A stretch of 64,000 nt of DNA from Candidatus Heimdallarchaeum endolithica (GCA_021513715.1 CP084167.1:96001-160000), one strand, 5' to 3'; numbered from the stretch's first letter, positions 39,084 to 50,623 are shown. A program made the numbers and translations. Notes: generated by a model not told the origin, from the letters alone.

Positions 39084-39367
39084 CTTTTTTCCTCTTCTTT
39101 TCCTTTTTTTCTTTTTCTTCTCTTCATTTATTTCTACTATTTTTTCTTATAAAAAGTCTCTTTTTTTTCTTTTTCATCCATACTCTCTATCCTAATGTTC
39201 GCAAAATTACGCAAAAAGTAAAGCATGGTTCTTTTTTCTTCTTCTTTATATTTATTTTTTTTTGAATTTTTTTAAAAGAAATCAGAAAAATCATTACAAA
39301 GTTCTCAGCAAATGAAAAAAATGTTTTAGATAGAAGATATTCACTTTTCATTTTTTTTTACAAAAAA

Positions 39368-40174
39368 TCACAAATACATGTGTCTATGAAAAGCTTCACT
39401 GCGATTTGCTCTATAATATTCCATATAAACGTCATACATATTATCTATAAAATCAAATCCACTTTCCTTAATCATTGTCTTAAACAGAGCATCTAGCTTT
39501 TTCATATCTTCTAAGTCTGGTTTATTAATTATTTTTTCAAAAAGTTTGTAAGTATTATTTTCCATACCCATTTTCTTTGTATGAAAACTCCACCATTTCA
39601 AAGGAGGAGTCCAACTTTTTTTAATTGTAAACCATAAATGAATAGCAGCTAGAACTGCTCTATGCAAATTAACATTTTTATTTGTTTCAAATCCCCTTTT
39701 TTCATTTATTAGTCCAAAACCTAATGATTCTCTCCACAGCATATATTTTGCTTTTAGTCTAATTTCATGCTCTCCTTCAGGATATTGAGCTATTTTTTTT
39801 GTCCATTCTTCAAGTTTCCCTGTAGGATCATAAATTATTTTACCTTCAACAAAGGCATAATGTTCTACATCTTGAGGAGAGTTTAACCTTTCTTTCATCC
39901 ATTTGTCTGTAATCAGGAGAAAATCAAAAATCAATCTTTTTGGTTCTACTTTTTCATCAAATTCTAAAATATGAATATCTCTACTAGACAAAAAACTATA
40001 GTATTCTTCTGTAACATATAAAAATCCGTCCCAATCAGCTTTTGGTTGAGCAAAACCTGTTGCTCTACTACCATTTATTTGAATTCCCAGTAAATAGTCT
40101 TTTTTTATTAATTCTTGAAGGCGCGCTCTTACATACTCATCTTCAATGTCTTCAATCGAGGAAAGATTTTTCAT
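39368..40174 (-). CDS. Pol-beta-like nucleotidyltransferase domain protein
   Basis: GSRATG...ADWD, GKIIYDPTG, PPLKW. Confidence 0.75.
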   Translation of the reverse strand: MKNLSSIEDIEDEYVRARLQELIKKDYLLGIQINGSRATGFAQPKADWDGFLYVTEEYYSFLSSRDIHILEFDEKVEPKRLIFDFLLITDKWMKERLNSPQDVEHYAFVEGKIIYDPTGKLEEWTKKIAQYPEGEHEIRLKAKYMLWRESLGFGLINEKRGFETNKNVNLHRAVLAAIHLWFTIKKSWTPPLKWWSFHTKKMGMENNTYKLFEKIINKPDLEDMKKLDALFKTMIKESGFDFIDNMYDVYMEYYRANRSEAFHRHMYL

Positions 40175-40278
40175 AATTTGTTTTTCATTTCGTATTAAAA
40201 AACTTTTACGTTCAAATATAAAGCGAAACGAAACAATTGTTTATCAAACAACTAAAATATACTAATATGGAAAAAAGA

Positions 40279-41268
40279 TTAAAGGATTATATCTTCCTTT
40301 GTAACTATTTCCTTTTCTTTAGAGAGCTTACTAATAAAAAATGGATAGAAAAGGATTAAAATTATTGCAAGAACATAAATTAAGATCGAACCTATCCATC
40401 TTGGGAAGAACAAAGAGTTAGGTTCATTAAAAAGTGAATGTATCCCAATAACAATAAAAATATTATCAGTCCTGTGATACAACAAGGCAAATGTTAATCC
40501 TAAAATGATCAATACTCCGTATTGAAGAGGATTAACCGCTGCCCAGATTATTTCTTTTACAGTATAACTTTCTGAACTCACTACCCATAGAATGCGATTT
40601 GGAATATGCATAAACGAGAATATTAGTTGTGATATTATCAAAGAACGAGTTAGAGACTTCTTAACTGATTTAGGATCATTAGTTAATTTATTTTTGAACT
40701 GTAAATATAATTGTGTAATTAAAAATTCTCTAAATAAAAATTCTTCAAAAGGTGCATTAAAAACCCATTGAGATACGTTTTTGATAATTATTAACTTTGC
40801 AGATGATTGAACCATATAACTATCAAATTTTAATGTCCCACTCATAATTAGTGAGTAAATTACACCTGCAATTTGAATAATAAACCAACCGACAATTACA
40901 ATTAAAACACCTTGCCAAAGTTTGCTAGTTGAAAATCCTAAATCTTTAGGTTTTAGCTTTCCTAAATAAATCATTAATAAACCTATAATAACTAAATATA
41001 ATATTGTGTAAGCAAGCATTGTAGGTGTTATAAAGCCTGTTATGTTGTATATCCAACTAAACAATCCGAAGCGATAAATAACCAAATTTATGATTACTGA
41101 AAAAATCAAATCCACTACAACAACTAAGCAAATAATCCACAATTCAACAGCTTTTTTCTCATCTAAATCGATCAGATTGAACTTTTTGTTTGGTTTAATA
41201 ATTTCTCGTAAAGAAGTCATTGTAAGAGCACAAACTATCATTTTATTTCTTTTTTGTTTTAACACCAA
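40279..41268 (-). CDS. CPBP/CAAX intramembrane protease
   Basis: FEEFLFR, FSFMHIP, GIHSLFN. Confidence 0.88.
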   Translation of the reverse strand: MVLKQKRNKMIVCALTMTSLREIIKPNKKFNLIDLDEKKAVELWIICLVVVVDLIFSVIINLVIYRFGLFSWIYNITGFITPTMLAYTILYLVIIGLLMIYLGKLKPKDLGFSTSKLWQGVLIVIVGWFIIQIAGVIYSLIMSGTLKFDSYMVQSSAKLIIIKNVSQWVFNAPFEEFLFREFLITQLYLQFKNKLTNDPKSVKKSLTRSLIISQLIFSFMHIPNRILWVVSSESYTVKEIIWAAVNPLQYGVLIILGLTFALLYHRTDNIFIVIGIHSLFNEPNSLFFPRWIGSILIYVLAIILILFYPFFISKLSKEKEIVTKEDIIL

Positions 41269-41339
41269 CTAATCAATAATTAATCAAAAAAGATTCAAGA
41301 ATATAAACTATAAAAGAAATAATTAATAATTGTTAAATC

Positions 41340-42737
41340 CTATTTTTTTCTAAAGTCTATTTCTTTAATTATTGAAGTGTAAGCTTCTTTTCTAAATATA
41401 TACAGAAACAGCTCTTCGTCAATTAACAACAATACTGTCAGAAACACTAAGAAAACATAGAATTGATGTAACCACTTAATTTTAATTACTATCCACAGAT
41501 TTAGGAAGAAAATCCAAGTACTAAAAGAACTTAGATAAATGATTTTCAACCAATCTCTATTTATTGATAATGCTTTTCCTCCTAAAGCTAAAATTACAAA
41601 AGGAATAAAAAATGAGTCATAATACTTGTAACATCCTCTGGACAGGAAAATGTGCATTCCTAAAGCAAAAAGAGCTTGAGATGTTAATAAATTACTTTTA
41701 TTTTCGTTAAGTTTTTTTCCTGTTAAAATTATCCAGAAATAGCTTAAAATATTGAACAACATAAAAGGAATATATTTCTGATTTAGTTTAAAATAAAACA
41801 AAGCAGCTTTATCCCATCCCCAGTAAAGAAATGCATGGAAAGGAGTTGTTGACCACAGAATCCATCTATATTCTATAGAAAAAGAAGTGAGTTCTGGAGT
41901 ACCTTGAAGAAACATTCTTACTAAGAAGCTTTCAGGGAAAAGAACTATCCAAGGAAGAGACAGGATTGCTCCAATTAAAAAAGTAAACATACCATACTTT
42001 ATTGCCTTTTTCTTGTTTATTCTAAAAATGTACAAAAACCACAGTGGAAGAAGAAAAAGAGAAAGTTGTTTTGTCATAATCGAAATAGCTAACCAAAATG
42101 CAGAGAGATCAAACTTTTCCTTTATCAAAAATAAGAAAGCAAGTAATGCATAAAAAGTATACATGTAAGAATTTAGATAAAGAAAATTATTATAAAATAA
42201 AACTACTGGCATAAAAATGAAAATAATAGAATTAGAAATAGCTACTATTTCAATTTTCATTTTACTAATTATTCTATCTTCTAATTTCTCTTTTGATATT
42301 GTTCTAATAATATAGTAAATAACGACAGTTGACAAAGAATCAAACAACTGAGGAGCAAAAACTACTGTTTTCCAAGCTATTTCTAGTTTTGTTGAGTTGG
42401 GAAAAAATATACCTACAAAGTAAGATAGGATAGTCAAAAAGTATATAAACAATGGTCCATAAACATATCCTGAGAGCGGGTATGGACTAGAAGGATTATA
42501 TAATAACCAATTCTCATGCTTAAAAGCATAAAGGTAGTATTGATAATAAGTTTCAGCATCCAAATATGTTTCCCAGTAATATCCTTCTTCAGAAATATAG
42601 TGTGTCACGTCATAATTTGCATAAAACCATTTTCTGAGGAGTAGACGAATAGTAATTGAAATGATGAATAGTACTAAAGGAATAATCATTTTCAATAAAT
42701 TTTCTTTAATAGAAATTTTTCTAATATTCAAGATCAT
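41340..42737 (-). CDS. GT-C fold membrane glycosyltransferase (GT87/PIG-M-like)
   Basis: Multi-TM. Acidic first loop, YVYGPLF and SIMTKQ motifs. Confidence 0.65.
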   Translation of the reverse strand: MILNIRKISIKENLLKMIIPLVLFIISITIRLLLRKWFYANYDVTHYISEEGYYWETYLDAETYYQYYLYAFKHENWLLYNPSSPYPLSGYVYGPLFIYFLTILSYFVGIFFPNSTKLEIAWKTVVFAPQLFDSLSTVVIYYIIRTISKEKLEDRIISKMKIEIVAISNSIIFIFMPVVLFYNNFLYLNSYMYTFYALLAFLFLIKEKFDLSAFWLAISIMTKQLSLFLLPLWFLYIFRINKKKAIKYGMFTFLIGAILSLPWIVLFPESFLVRMFLQGTPELTSFSIEYRWILWSTTPFHAFLYWGWDKAALFYFKLNQKYIPFMLFNILSYFWIILTGKKLNENKSNLLTSQALFALGMHIFLSRGCYKYYDSFFIPFVILALGGKALSINRDWLKIIYLSSFSTWIFFLNLWIVIKIKWLHQFYVFLVFLTVLLLIDEELFLYIFRKEAYTSIIKEIDFRKK

Positions 42738-42810
42738 CTACTCTTCGTAGGTATTTGTCTTTTGCTTATTTAGAAATAACTTCTATTTAAAATATTGTAA
42801 AAGCTAATAG

Positions 42811-43130
42811 GTAGTGTCTAGTTTTCATATCCTCCTAAGTAAAAAGGAGCTAAGGGGAGGATGTTCTAAGCTCTGATGAGAACGAACGAAAGTATAATGG
42901 ATCATAAAGAGAGTAAGGAAACCAGAAAGATGAGTAGAACCATAGACGGCACTGATAGGACAAGTACAGTGCAGAATATAATGAAACCAACGATAACCTT
43001 AAGGGTGGCATTAAAACTTTCAATATAGGCACGTAAACCACTTTTGATAGTGGAGAATTTGATACCTGGACGAAGTAAGACAGGATACCATTCTTCCATG
43101 AATCTTTTTACGAATAAAACGGATAGAGGA
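42811..43130 (-). mobile_element. IS6-family remnant (3' end with one TIR)
   Basis: TIR GTAGTGTCTAGTTTT at 42811-25. WYPVLLR, IESFNATLK and VRSHQSL are homologous to 45975-46215. Confidence 0.75.
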
Positions 43131-43139
43131 GTTCTGTGG

Positions 43140-43270
43140 TTCACGATCTTTATTTTTTGCTTTTTTTCTTAATTTCGAGTGTACTCCTTTGGGGTAACCA
43201 ATAACAACGACTAAATTATAATCCTGTGTAAGTTCAACAATATCTTTCCACAACTCGTTAATAAAAGCAT
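43140..43270 (-). pseudogene. tnpB fragment
   Basis: YNLVVVIGYPKGVHSKLRKK is homologous to YDLFVVVGYPKNVRK at ~38050. Confidence 0.65.
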
Positions 43271-43362
43271 ATAAAAAAGCATGGAAAAATTATTTATTGC
43301 CTTATACTTGACGACTTGATGTCAAATGATTGTTAATGAACATGTTGTAATGAATTTTTTTC

Positions 43363-44161
43363 TTGAACAGATGTTTCAAAATAAATACCTTTTTAGTTGA
43401 TCGTCTAGAGCAAAAAGAAAAAATCCGTAAAGAAATAATTTATTTGACCAGGTGTGATAATCTTCACGATAAAATACTAGCTGCAAAAAGTCTATGTAAA
43501 CTGCTTTTTGAAAACGTAATGAGTTTTATTGATGAAAATAAGAGAGGTTATGATGATCTTTTCTCTTACTTTGATGCTTTTGTCAATTTTGAGGAGTTCA
43601 TTTTTGCTTGTTAAATTATTAAGCACCTTTGCAAACACATATATTCGCTACTCAGACCGTGTTGATATTCCTATAATAACTATGAATTTGCCTTCTATTT
43701 TTGCAAAGTTAGAGATATTAAAAACAGTAGCCAATCACACTAGTAGTTATCGTATTCAAAACTTTAACGACTTTTCATCCTTACTTATACTAATCGATGA
43801 AATAGAAGAATTTTCAAGAATATCTCGTGCTAATCAATTTAGGCAATATGTAAACGAATTTTGTAGTTCATCAATTTTTTTCTCTGATAACTGTCTTACA
43901 ATCAATTTTATTTTTGATAATCCAAATATTCCAGATCTGAATCCAGAACTTGCATTTAAAGGTAAAGCGAATCGTTTTCTTGATCTGTTTGATATTTCAG
44001 AATTTCAAGAAGATTTATCTATCAATTTCATTGTAACTGATAAAATAAACACTCTAGGAAGAAATTATGAATTGATAATTGCTAAAAACAATTTTGAGAT
44101 TCTAATTGATAATGAAAAAAAAGAACCTTCAACATACCTAAAAACCTATGAAATAGTTTAA
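43363..44161 (+). pseudogene. Disrupted HD-domain-like protein
   Basis: Two overlapping ORFs in different frames. VANH...LLILIDEIEEFSR resembles an HD C-terminal motif. Confidence 0.4.
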
Positions 44162-44186
44162 TAAAAAAACTCAAACACAGAAGTTA

Positions 44187-45296
44187 TTATATAAGAGGAA
44201 TAAATTTTGCTAAATTCAAAGTTGTTCTGATAACAATAACACTTATCTTCTTTATTTTCTTACCTTTACTGTTAACTTTTATGCTCAACTCTTTATCTCC
44301 TATAAATAATCCATCAGCTGTTTTTAGTTCTAAAATCATATAGTGCTTATCACTATTAGGGTGCCCTAACTTAAACTCTTTTTTAAAAATTTGTCCGTTA
44401 GGAGGAATAGAATAAATTGTGTTTTCATCTCTTTGAATACCAATATCAGTTTTTATGTTAATTATTATTGGAAGTGTATCATCACTTAAGTTCTTTAATG
44501 AAATTGTTGCTGATATTCCTTCTTTTTTAGAATATTTAGTTTCAATATCTCCAATTTGAAGGATTTTTTCTATTCTTTCTTTTTCCATAACCTTTTCTTG
44601 ATATTTTTTGAAGTATTCGTAAGATCTGCTTATTTCTTCACTGTAATCTTTTAGCGGTATTGGTAACTCTTCTAATTTAAGGTAGTTGCACTTCCATAAA
44701 ATTTTTCCTTTAAAATCATCTAGTTTTAGATCTTCTAGTTTTTTACATTTTCTTAAATCGCTTAAATCAATAGACAAAAATTTATTTCTGCTTAAAATTA
44801 GATTTTTTAAGGTTAGAGTAGCTAAAGGCTTTAGGTTAATTTCCTTCAATAGATTATCAGAAATATTGAAAGAGGATAAATTTTGGAAAACATCATCTAT
44901 TTTTAATTCAACAATTTTATTTGATTCAATGTTAATTTTTGACAGATTTTTCAGTTCTGTTAGTAAACTTAAATCAATTTTCTTAATCTTGTTGTAGGAA
45001 AGATCTATCTCTTCTAAATTTTTTAAATATTGTATTCCTACAAAATTGACCTCACTCATTTTATTATAAGATAAATCTAGTACTTTTAGGTTAGTACAAC
45101 CACTTAGTTCTCTAAATTTGATTTGTGACAAATTATTATGAGATAAATCGATCTGTTCTAACTCAGTGAATTCTGCCATTTGTGTAAATTTTATTGATGT
45201 GATATCTTTATTTGATAAGTTGATTATCTTTTGTTGCCTATTATACTCTGCTGTTTTTGTTTCTTCATTACTGTTTTTCCATTTCAGAGTTACCAT
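44187..45296 (-). CDS. Leucine-rich repeat protein
   Basis: About 7 LxxLDLSxNxI repeats followed by a beta-rich C-terminal domain. Confidence 0.9.
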   Translation of the reverse strand: MVTLKWKNSNEETKTAEYNRQQKIINLSNKDITSIKFTQMAEFTELEQIDLSHNNLSQIKFRELSGCTNLKVLDLSYNKMSEVNFVGIQYLKNLEEIDLSYNKIKKIDLSLLTELKNLSKINIESNKIVELKIDDVFQNLSSFNISDNLLKEINLKPLATLTLKNLILSRNKFLSIDLSDLRKCKKLEDLKLDDFKGKILWKCNYLKLEELPIPLKDYSEEISRSYEYFKKYQEKVMEKERIEKILQIGDIETKYSKKEGISATISLKNLSDDTLPIIINIKTDIGIQRDENTIYSIPPNGQIFKKEFKLGHPNSDKHYMILELKTADGLFIGDKELSIKVNSKGKKIKKISVIVIRTTLNLAKFIPLI

Positions 45297-45791
45297 TTCG
45301 TTTATTTCTCTTTTTATATCTTATATATTTTCTCGTTGAAATTATCAAAAAATGCAAATATTTGGCTTATTATAATTTTTATTTAGTAAAGTAATTATTT
45401 AGAATCTTCTTTTCATTAAAGGATTATAATATAATGTATCTTCTGCTAGATTTTTAATTATTTTTCCATCCTCATCTTTTAGTATTAATGTTGTAGGTTT
45501 TGGCACATTTTAGCTGTGTAATCTTATCAAAAAGCACATATTGTTCTTTCTTCAGTTCAATCTATTATGAATAACGAAGATATTTGACATCTGAAAGACT
45601 TTTTTATATTCTTTTCTCCTATATCTGATGAAGCTTTCCTTTTGGTAGTTTAACAGATGTAACTATATTGTATTCTTCTTCAAGATTATCCTCTCTTATT
45701 GCTTCAATAGCTTTTTCTCAATAAAGATAAAAATTAACCAAATTTATTGATTATATTTCCACCCTGTTAGATTTATAAATAATTTTTTTCA

Positions 45792-46575
45792 GTAGTGTCT
45801 AGTTTTCTTCCGACAAAAATATTTGTGGGGAATCTACTAGTAAGACTCTACTAGTAAGAGATAAATATTCAAAAACTATCTGCTCTTTTTAAGAGATCCA
45901 GTGTTCCCAAAAAGATAACAATAAAAGCTATTTTGGAATATATTGATTCAAAGAATGGTTTGAGGACAGTAGCATATCCCAAGCTCTGATGAGAACGAAC
46001 GAAATTATAATGGAGCTTAAAGAGCGTAAGGAAACCAGAAAGATGAGTAGAACCATATACCGCACTGATAGGATAAGTACAGCGCAGAATATAATGAAAC
46101 CAACGATAACTCTTAAGGGTAGCATTAAAACGTTCAATATTGGAGCTTAAACCACTTTTGACAACTAAGATTTTTTTACCTAGACGAAGTAAGACAGGAT
46201 ACCATACCCCTGCATCTGTAACGACAATACGAGGCTTAGAATCCCATACCAGCACTTGAACCAATAACGGAAACTTAGTAAACATTCAAGATTACTTTGT
46301 CCTTTAGTAATACTAAAACCCAGTAAAGTCTTGTTGTAAGGATGAATCTAACGCTAACCACAAATACATTGAGCCCTGAGAGGTTTTAATCTCTGTTTCA
46401 TCTACTACTATAATTTCTGGTATTCTCTCTCTCTCTGTTACAACTCTATGTAAACTTTTCCTAAAGAGCCTGAACTTCTTTACCCAATACCATAATGTTT
46501 GGTTCGTTAAACCATTCTTCCATCATCCACTTAGCTCCTTTTTACCTAGGAGGTGGTATCAAAACTAGACACTAC
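45792..46575 (+). mobile_element. IS6-family element with internally inverted, degenerate transposase
   Basis: Perfect 15-bp TIRs GTAGTGTCTAGTTTT and AAAACTAGACACTAC. N-terminus LFKRSSVP..LRTVA on +, DDE core VVDET / VVTDAG.WY / NIERFNATLK on -, C-terminus HPLSSFL on +. Confidence 0.85.
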
Positions 46576-46621
46576 AAAGATAATATACAGAAATTCTTAT
46601 TAGCTAACTTTTCAGTTTTCA

Positions 46622-47437
46622 ATGATGAATAGCAACAAAGAATTTATGGAAACAAATAAAAAGCGATGGAATGAACTTGTTGAGATACATTCAAAATCAA
46701 AAAGCTATGATTTGGAGGGTTTTCTAAAAGGAAAAAACTCTTTACACTCTGTTGAGCATGAATTACTGGGGGACATTAAAGGAAAAAAGATTCTTCATTT
46801 ACAATGTCATTTTGGAATGGACACTCTTTCTTTAGCTAGAATGGGAGCAGAAGTGACAGGAGTGGATTTTTCTGAAAAAGCTATTGATTTTGCTAAAAAG
46901 TTAAGCGAACAAATAAATGTTCGTGCTAAATTTGTGTGTGCGAATATTTATGATCCTGACAAACTTCTAAATGAAAAGTTTGATTTTGTTTTCACTACTT
47001 ATGGAGTTCTACCTTGGTTACCAGACATAAAAAAATGGGCTGAAGTAATTTCCAAATTCCTAAGAAAAGGTGGACAATTCCTAATTGTAGAATCACATCC
47101 TCTGTCTCATGTCTTTGATGATGAAAATGAAAAAGAACTAAAAATTAGATATAGTTACTTTTCAAAAGAAGCTATGGAATTTGATTCTGAATATACTTAT
47201 ACTGATTCTGATAAAAAAATAGAACATTTAAAAACATATGAATGGATGCACACAATTAGTGAAATCCTTAACTCTTTAATAGCTGAAGGGTTAAAAATTA
47301 AACTTTTTAATGAATATCCATTTAGTGAATTTAAACAATTTCCTTTTTTAGAACAGTATGAAGATGGATATTGGCACTTCAAAGATAAAAAAATTGATTT
47401 TCCTCTTTTATTTGCCTTAAAAGCAGTTAAAGAGTAA
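46622..47437 (+). CDS. Class I SAM-dependent methyltransferase
   Basis: ILHLQCHFGMDTLSLARMGA.VTGVDFS, FDFVFTTYGVLPWLPD. Confidence 0.92.
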   Translation: MMNSNKEFMETNKKRWNELVEIHSKSKSYDLEGFLKGKNSLHSVEHELLGDIKGKKILHLQCHFGMDTLSLARMGAEVTGVDFSEKAIDFAKKLSEQINVRAKFVCANIYDPDKLLNEKFDFVFTTYGVLPWLPDIKKWAEVISKFLRKGGQFLIVESHPLSHVFDDENEKELKIRYSYFSKEAMEFDSEYTYTDSDKKIEHLKTYEWMHTISEILNSLIAEGLKIKLFNEYPFSEFKQFPFLEQYEDGYWHFKDKKIDFPLLFALKAVKE

Positions 47438-47510
47438 TCTTTTTCTCATTTTTTTAAAAGAAAAAAAGAATTAGGATCTGGAAAGTTCTTTATAATTTAA
47501 CCATTCCACA

Positions 47511-48175
47511 TTATTTTAGCATCTCTTTGAAGTTTAGTCTTGATATGAAAGGAGTAGCAACAAGAACAACTAAAGAAGCATAAATCATCAAGTTTCTTAC
47601 CGTTTTTTCTGCTCCTCCATTCTTGATCAAGAAAAATTGAATAATTGCATTAATAATCATACTCCATCCAATAATTTGAAGAGCTTCTACCATGAAGAAT
47701 CTGCGCCAGATAAAAGAGTAGGATTGTGGTTCTGTCCAAGTGTCTATTGAAAAAAGAGATTTTCCTGACCTAAAAACTCTTCCGAAATATCCATAATATC
47801 CAAAAGCTTCTGTCAATCTTCCAGCAATAAGAACGCCTATACCTGTAAGAACTTGCTTTGCTAAAACTTTTTCAGCATTACCACTTTTTCTAACTTTTTT
47901 TACAGAAGCTAAAGAATTAACTATTGAGGAAACTAAGAGGAAATATCCAGCCCAACCTCCAAAAAATCCGCAGAAAATAGCCCAAATTCCAAAAAGAAAG
48001 TTTGCTTCTTGAAATATTGTTCCAAATCTATCCAACTAAAGTCATAAATATGATTCCAGACATGTAAAAAAACCATCATCCAAATTGCAAGTCCTCTTTG
48101 AAAATCAAGAGAAGCTATTCTTCTAATTTTACTTTTTCCTTTATTTTCTATTCCTTCATTTTCTCTCATATTCAA
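47511..48175 (-). pseudogene. Frameshifted, truncated HGSNAT/DUF1624-like membrane acyltransferase
   Basis: RRIASLDFQRGLAIWMMVFLH in 47933-48175 continues in another frame (ALQIIG). Confidence 0.65.
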
Positions 48176-48305
48176 AAAAATTTGCCTTTAAGAGTTATAG
48201 CTTAAAAAAAATTGACTATTATAAAAATATTTACGAGATTTGTCTAAAAATAAAGTGAATCATTTCCTAAACACTATTATGATTATTTAGTGCAAATTTC
48301 TTTTT

Positions 48306-49196
48306 TCACTTTTTCCTTAATTTGTTTAATTCCTCAAAAACTATCTCAGCGAAGACTTCATTGTGTGTATCAGCTTTTTCTTCAACTTTTATGAACTTGC
48401 TCCCAGGAATAAGATTTATTAGTTTTTGTACTTCTTCTTCATCGTGTTCAGGATCTTCTTTTGCACCAATTATTATCACTGGGGAATTAATCTTTTTTAG
48501 AGCTTCTTTATCTACTTCATATGGAGCTGCAAATGTTTTAGTTTTTCTCATCCATCTTTGTTGAGAAGGTTGTAGCAATCTTGCTAATGTATGCTTTCTT
48601 CTTCTTGCAGAATCTCTATCTTTTCTAAATTTCAAACCATAAAAGAAGAAAATCAGTGGTTTAATAAGAAGTACAATAAAATAGGGTATTCTTCCTATTA
48701 TATGCATATTTTTTCTTCTGTCAGCTGCTGTATATTTCATTTGAGGAGAAGCATGAAAAGATATCAGAGGATTAATGTTATGTTTTCCCATTGCTTCAAG
48801 CATTGCCACAGAAGCAATAGAAGAGCCTATGAAAACTGTATTTTCCATGTCATGTCCTATTATTTTACATTCTTCTAGAGCTAAAACAAAATCTTCAGCT
48901 AAAGTTTCTGTGTTATATATTACTTCATCTTTAGGAAAGCGTGAAAACTCTTTTTCTCTTGTTTCTATAAAATATATATCATGCTTTTCCCTGAGTTTTT
49001 CTATAGCTTTTTCCCAGATATATACATAAGAAATAAAACCAGAATAGAACACTAAGTTTAATGTATCTTTATCTTTCTTTTTTGCTTTAAAATAAAGAAT
49101 TCTTAACTTTGCTCCATTTTCTAGTTCTAAAGTCATTTTTTCTGCTTCTTCTTCAAGCCAGTACTCGCTTTTTGGCCGTCTTACCATATTATTCAA
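48306..49196 (-). CDS. Alpha/beta hydrolase
   Basis: GSSIA nucleophile elbow, IIIGAKEDPEH, terminal TH. Confidence 0.8.
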   Translation of the reverse strand: MNNMVRRPKSEYWLEEEAEKMTLELENGAKLRILYFKAKKKDKDTLNLVFYSGFISYVYIWEKAIEKLREKHDIYFIETREKEFSRFPKDEVIYNTETLAEDFVLALEECKIIGHDMENTVFIGSSIASVAMLEAMGKHNINPLISFHASPQMKYTAADRRKNMHIIGRIPYFIVLLIKPLIFFFYGLKFRKDRDSARRRKHTLARLLQPSQQRWMRKTKTFAAPYEVDKEALKKINSPVIIIGAKEDPEHDEEEVQKLINLIPGSKFIKVEEKADTHNEVFAEIVFEELNKLRKK

Positions 49197-49421
49197 ATTT
49201 GAGAAAACGCATAATATTAATTAGTTTTTCTTTTTTCCAAAATTAGTTTAACAAATTTTTGTTTGAAACTTACACTTATATACGATTATTCAGTAATTTT
49301 TTTTTGTGAAAGTGACTAATTGTTTTCTTTATTCTCCTTTACTTTATTATTCAATTTTCAAACAACATTCCCTTTTCAAGTTAGTCACTCAATTAAATTA
49401 ATAACACTAAAGATGTGTAAA

Positions 49422-49965
49422 ATGAAAATAAAAGAATTTAATGCAGTTATTGTTGGGGGAGGAATAAGTGGATTGCGAGCAGCTTTAGAGCTTTCTTCTC
49501 AATGGAATGTTGCTCTTATTAGCAAAGTTTTTCCTGTTCGTAGCCACTCTGATGCAGCGCAAGGAGGAATTAATGCTGCTTTGAAGAATACTCTGGAAGG
49601 AAAAGATGATACTCCTGAGAGACATGCTTACGATACAGTTAAAGGTTCAGATTATCTTGCAGATTAAGATGCTGTCTTATTTATGTGTGAAGAAGCTCCT
49701 ATGATAGTTTTAGAATTCGAAAGTATGGGAGCACCTTGTTCTAGATTGGATTCTGGATTAATAGCTCAAAGACCTTTAGGCGGAGCAGGTTTTCCTCGTA
49801 CTTGTTATACTGGAGATAGAACAGGTAATGATCCTATCCCAGTTCAACCAAGTCAGCATTATAGTATGGGAGGAATAGCTTCTAAACAAGATGCTGACTT
49901 TTGTGAAACACCTTTACTTGGTTTGTGGGCTGTAGGAGAAACTTCTTGTATTTCTGTACATGAGA
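49422..49965 (+). pseudogene. sdhA: Succinate dehydrogenase/fumarate reductase flavoprotein pseudogene with internal deletion
   Basis: [28 protein letters not shown] then a stop at 49665. DRTG is joined directly to PIPVQPSQHYSMGG and GLWAVGE. Confidence 0.85.
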
Positions 49966-50215
49966 AGTATTCAAAGATAACTTTCAAAGCTCTAGAAAAG
50001 GAAAAACTATTGAAAAGTAATAAGAGAAATGTATCCAGAAACAGAAGCAGAAAGACTAATTCGAATATTAAAAAAAGATTAGTATGGACAAAACTAGTTA
50101 GTACCTTATACTATTTTTGTGTATTAAAAAAGTTTGAACAATGTTTGAATAGAAACGGTATCGTTTTATATATAAACGAGAATTTAGTTACAAAAACTTA
50201 CTAGGGATTCTTTGA

Positions 50216-50623
50216 ATGATACTAATTGATGATTTAGAAAGACTAGAAATGGAAAAAATCTTTAAAGAAAAACAAGTTCTCTTAGCTTTAGTATTTGGTT
50301 CAGTGGCTAGAGGAGACAATAGTACTATAAGTGACATTGATATAGGTTTATTTTTTTCTCCTAATACAACCAAAAAAGAACGTTTTGACAATATTCTAAT
50401 TATCTCTAGTAAAATACAACGAATATTGAAGAAAAATGAAATAGATATAGTCGCAATAAACGATGCACCATCTAGACTAAAGTTTAAGATAATGACAGAG
50501 GGTAAAATTATTTATTGTGAGGATATGGAATTGTTTTACAACTTGAAAGAAAAAGCAATGCTTGAGTATTTCGATTTTCAATATGTAGAACAGCAAATAA
50601 TAAAAGATTATCTGGCAGAGTGA
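50216..50623 (+). CDS. mntA: MNT (MntA-like) antitoxin nucleotidyltransferase
   Basis: FGSVARG...SDIDIG, IDIV.IN.AP. Confidence 0.88.
   Translation: MILIDDLERLEMEKIFKEKQVLLALVFGSVARGDNSTISDIDIGLFFSPNTTKKERFDNILIISSKIQRILKKNEIDIVAINDAPSRLKFKIMTEGKIIYCEDMELFYNLKEKAMLEYFDFQYVEQQIIKDYLAE

Larger units (their letters stand above)
37390..39223 (-). mobile_element. Non-autonomous TnpB element with ~31-bp imperfect terminal inverted repeats and flanking CATG duplication
   Basis: 37390-37420 ATTTACTTTTTGCGAAGTTTGTCGAACTTAG versus the reverse complement of 39192-39223, CTTTACTTTTTGCGTAATTTTGCGAACATTAG. CATG lies at 37386-89 and 39224-27. Confidence 0.75.
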
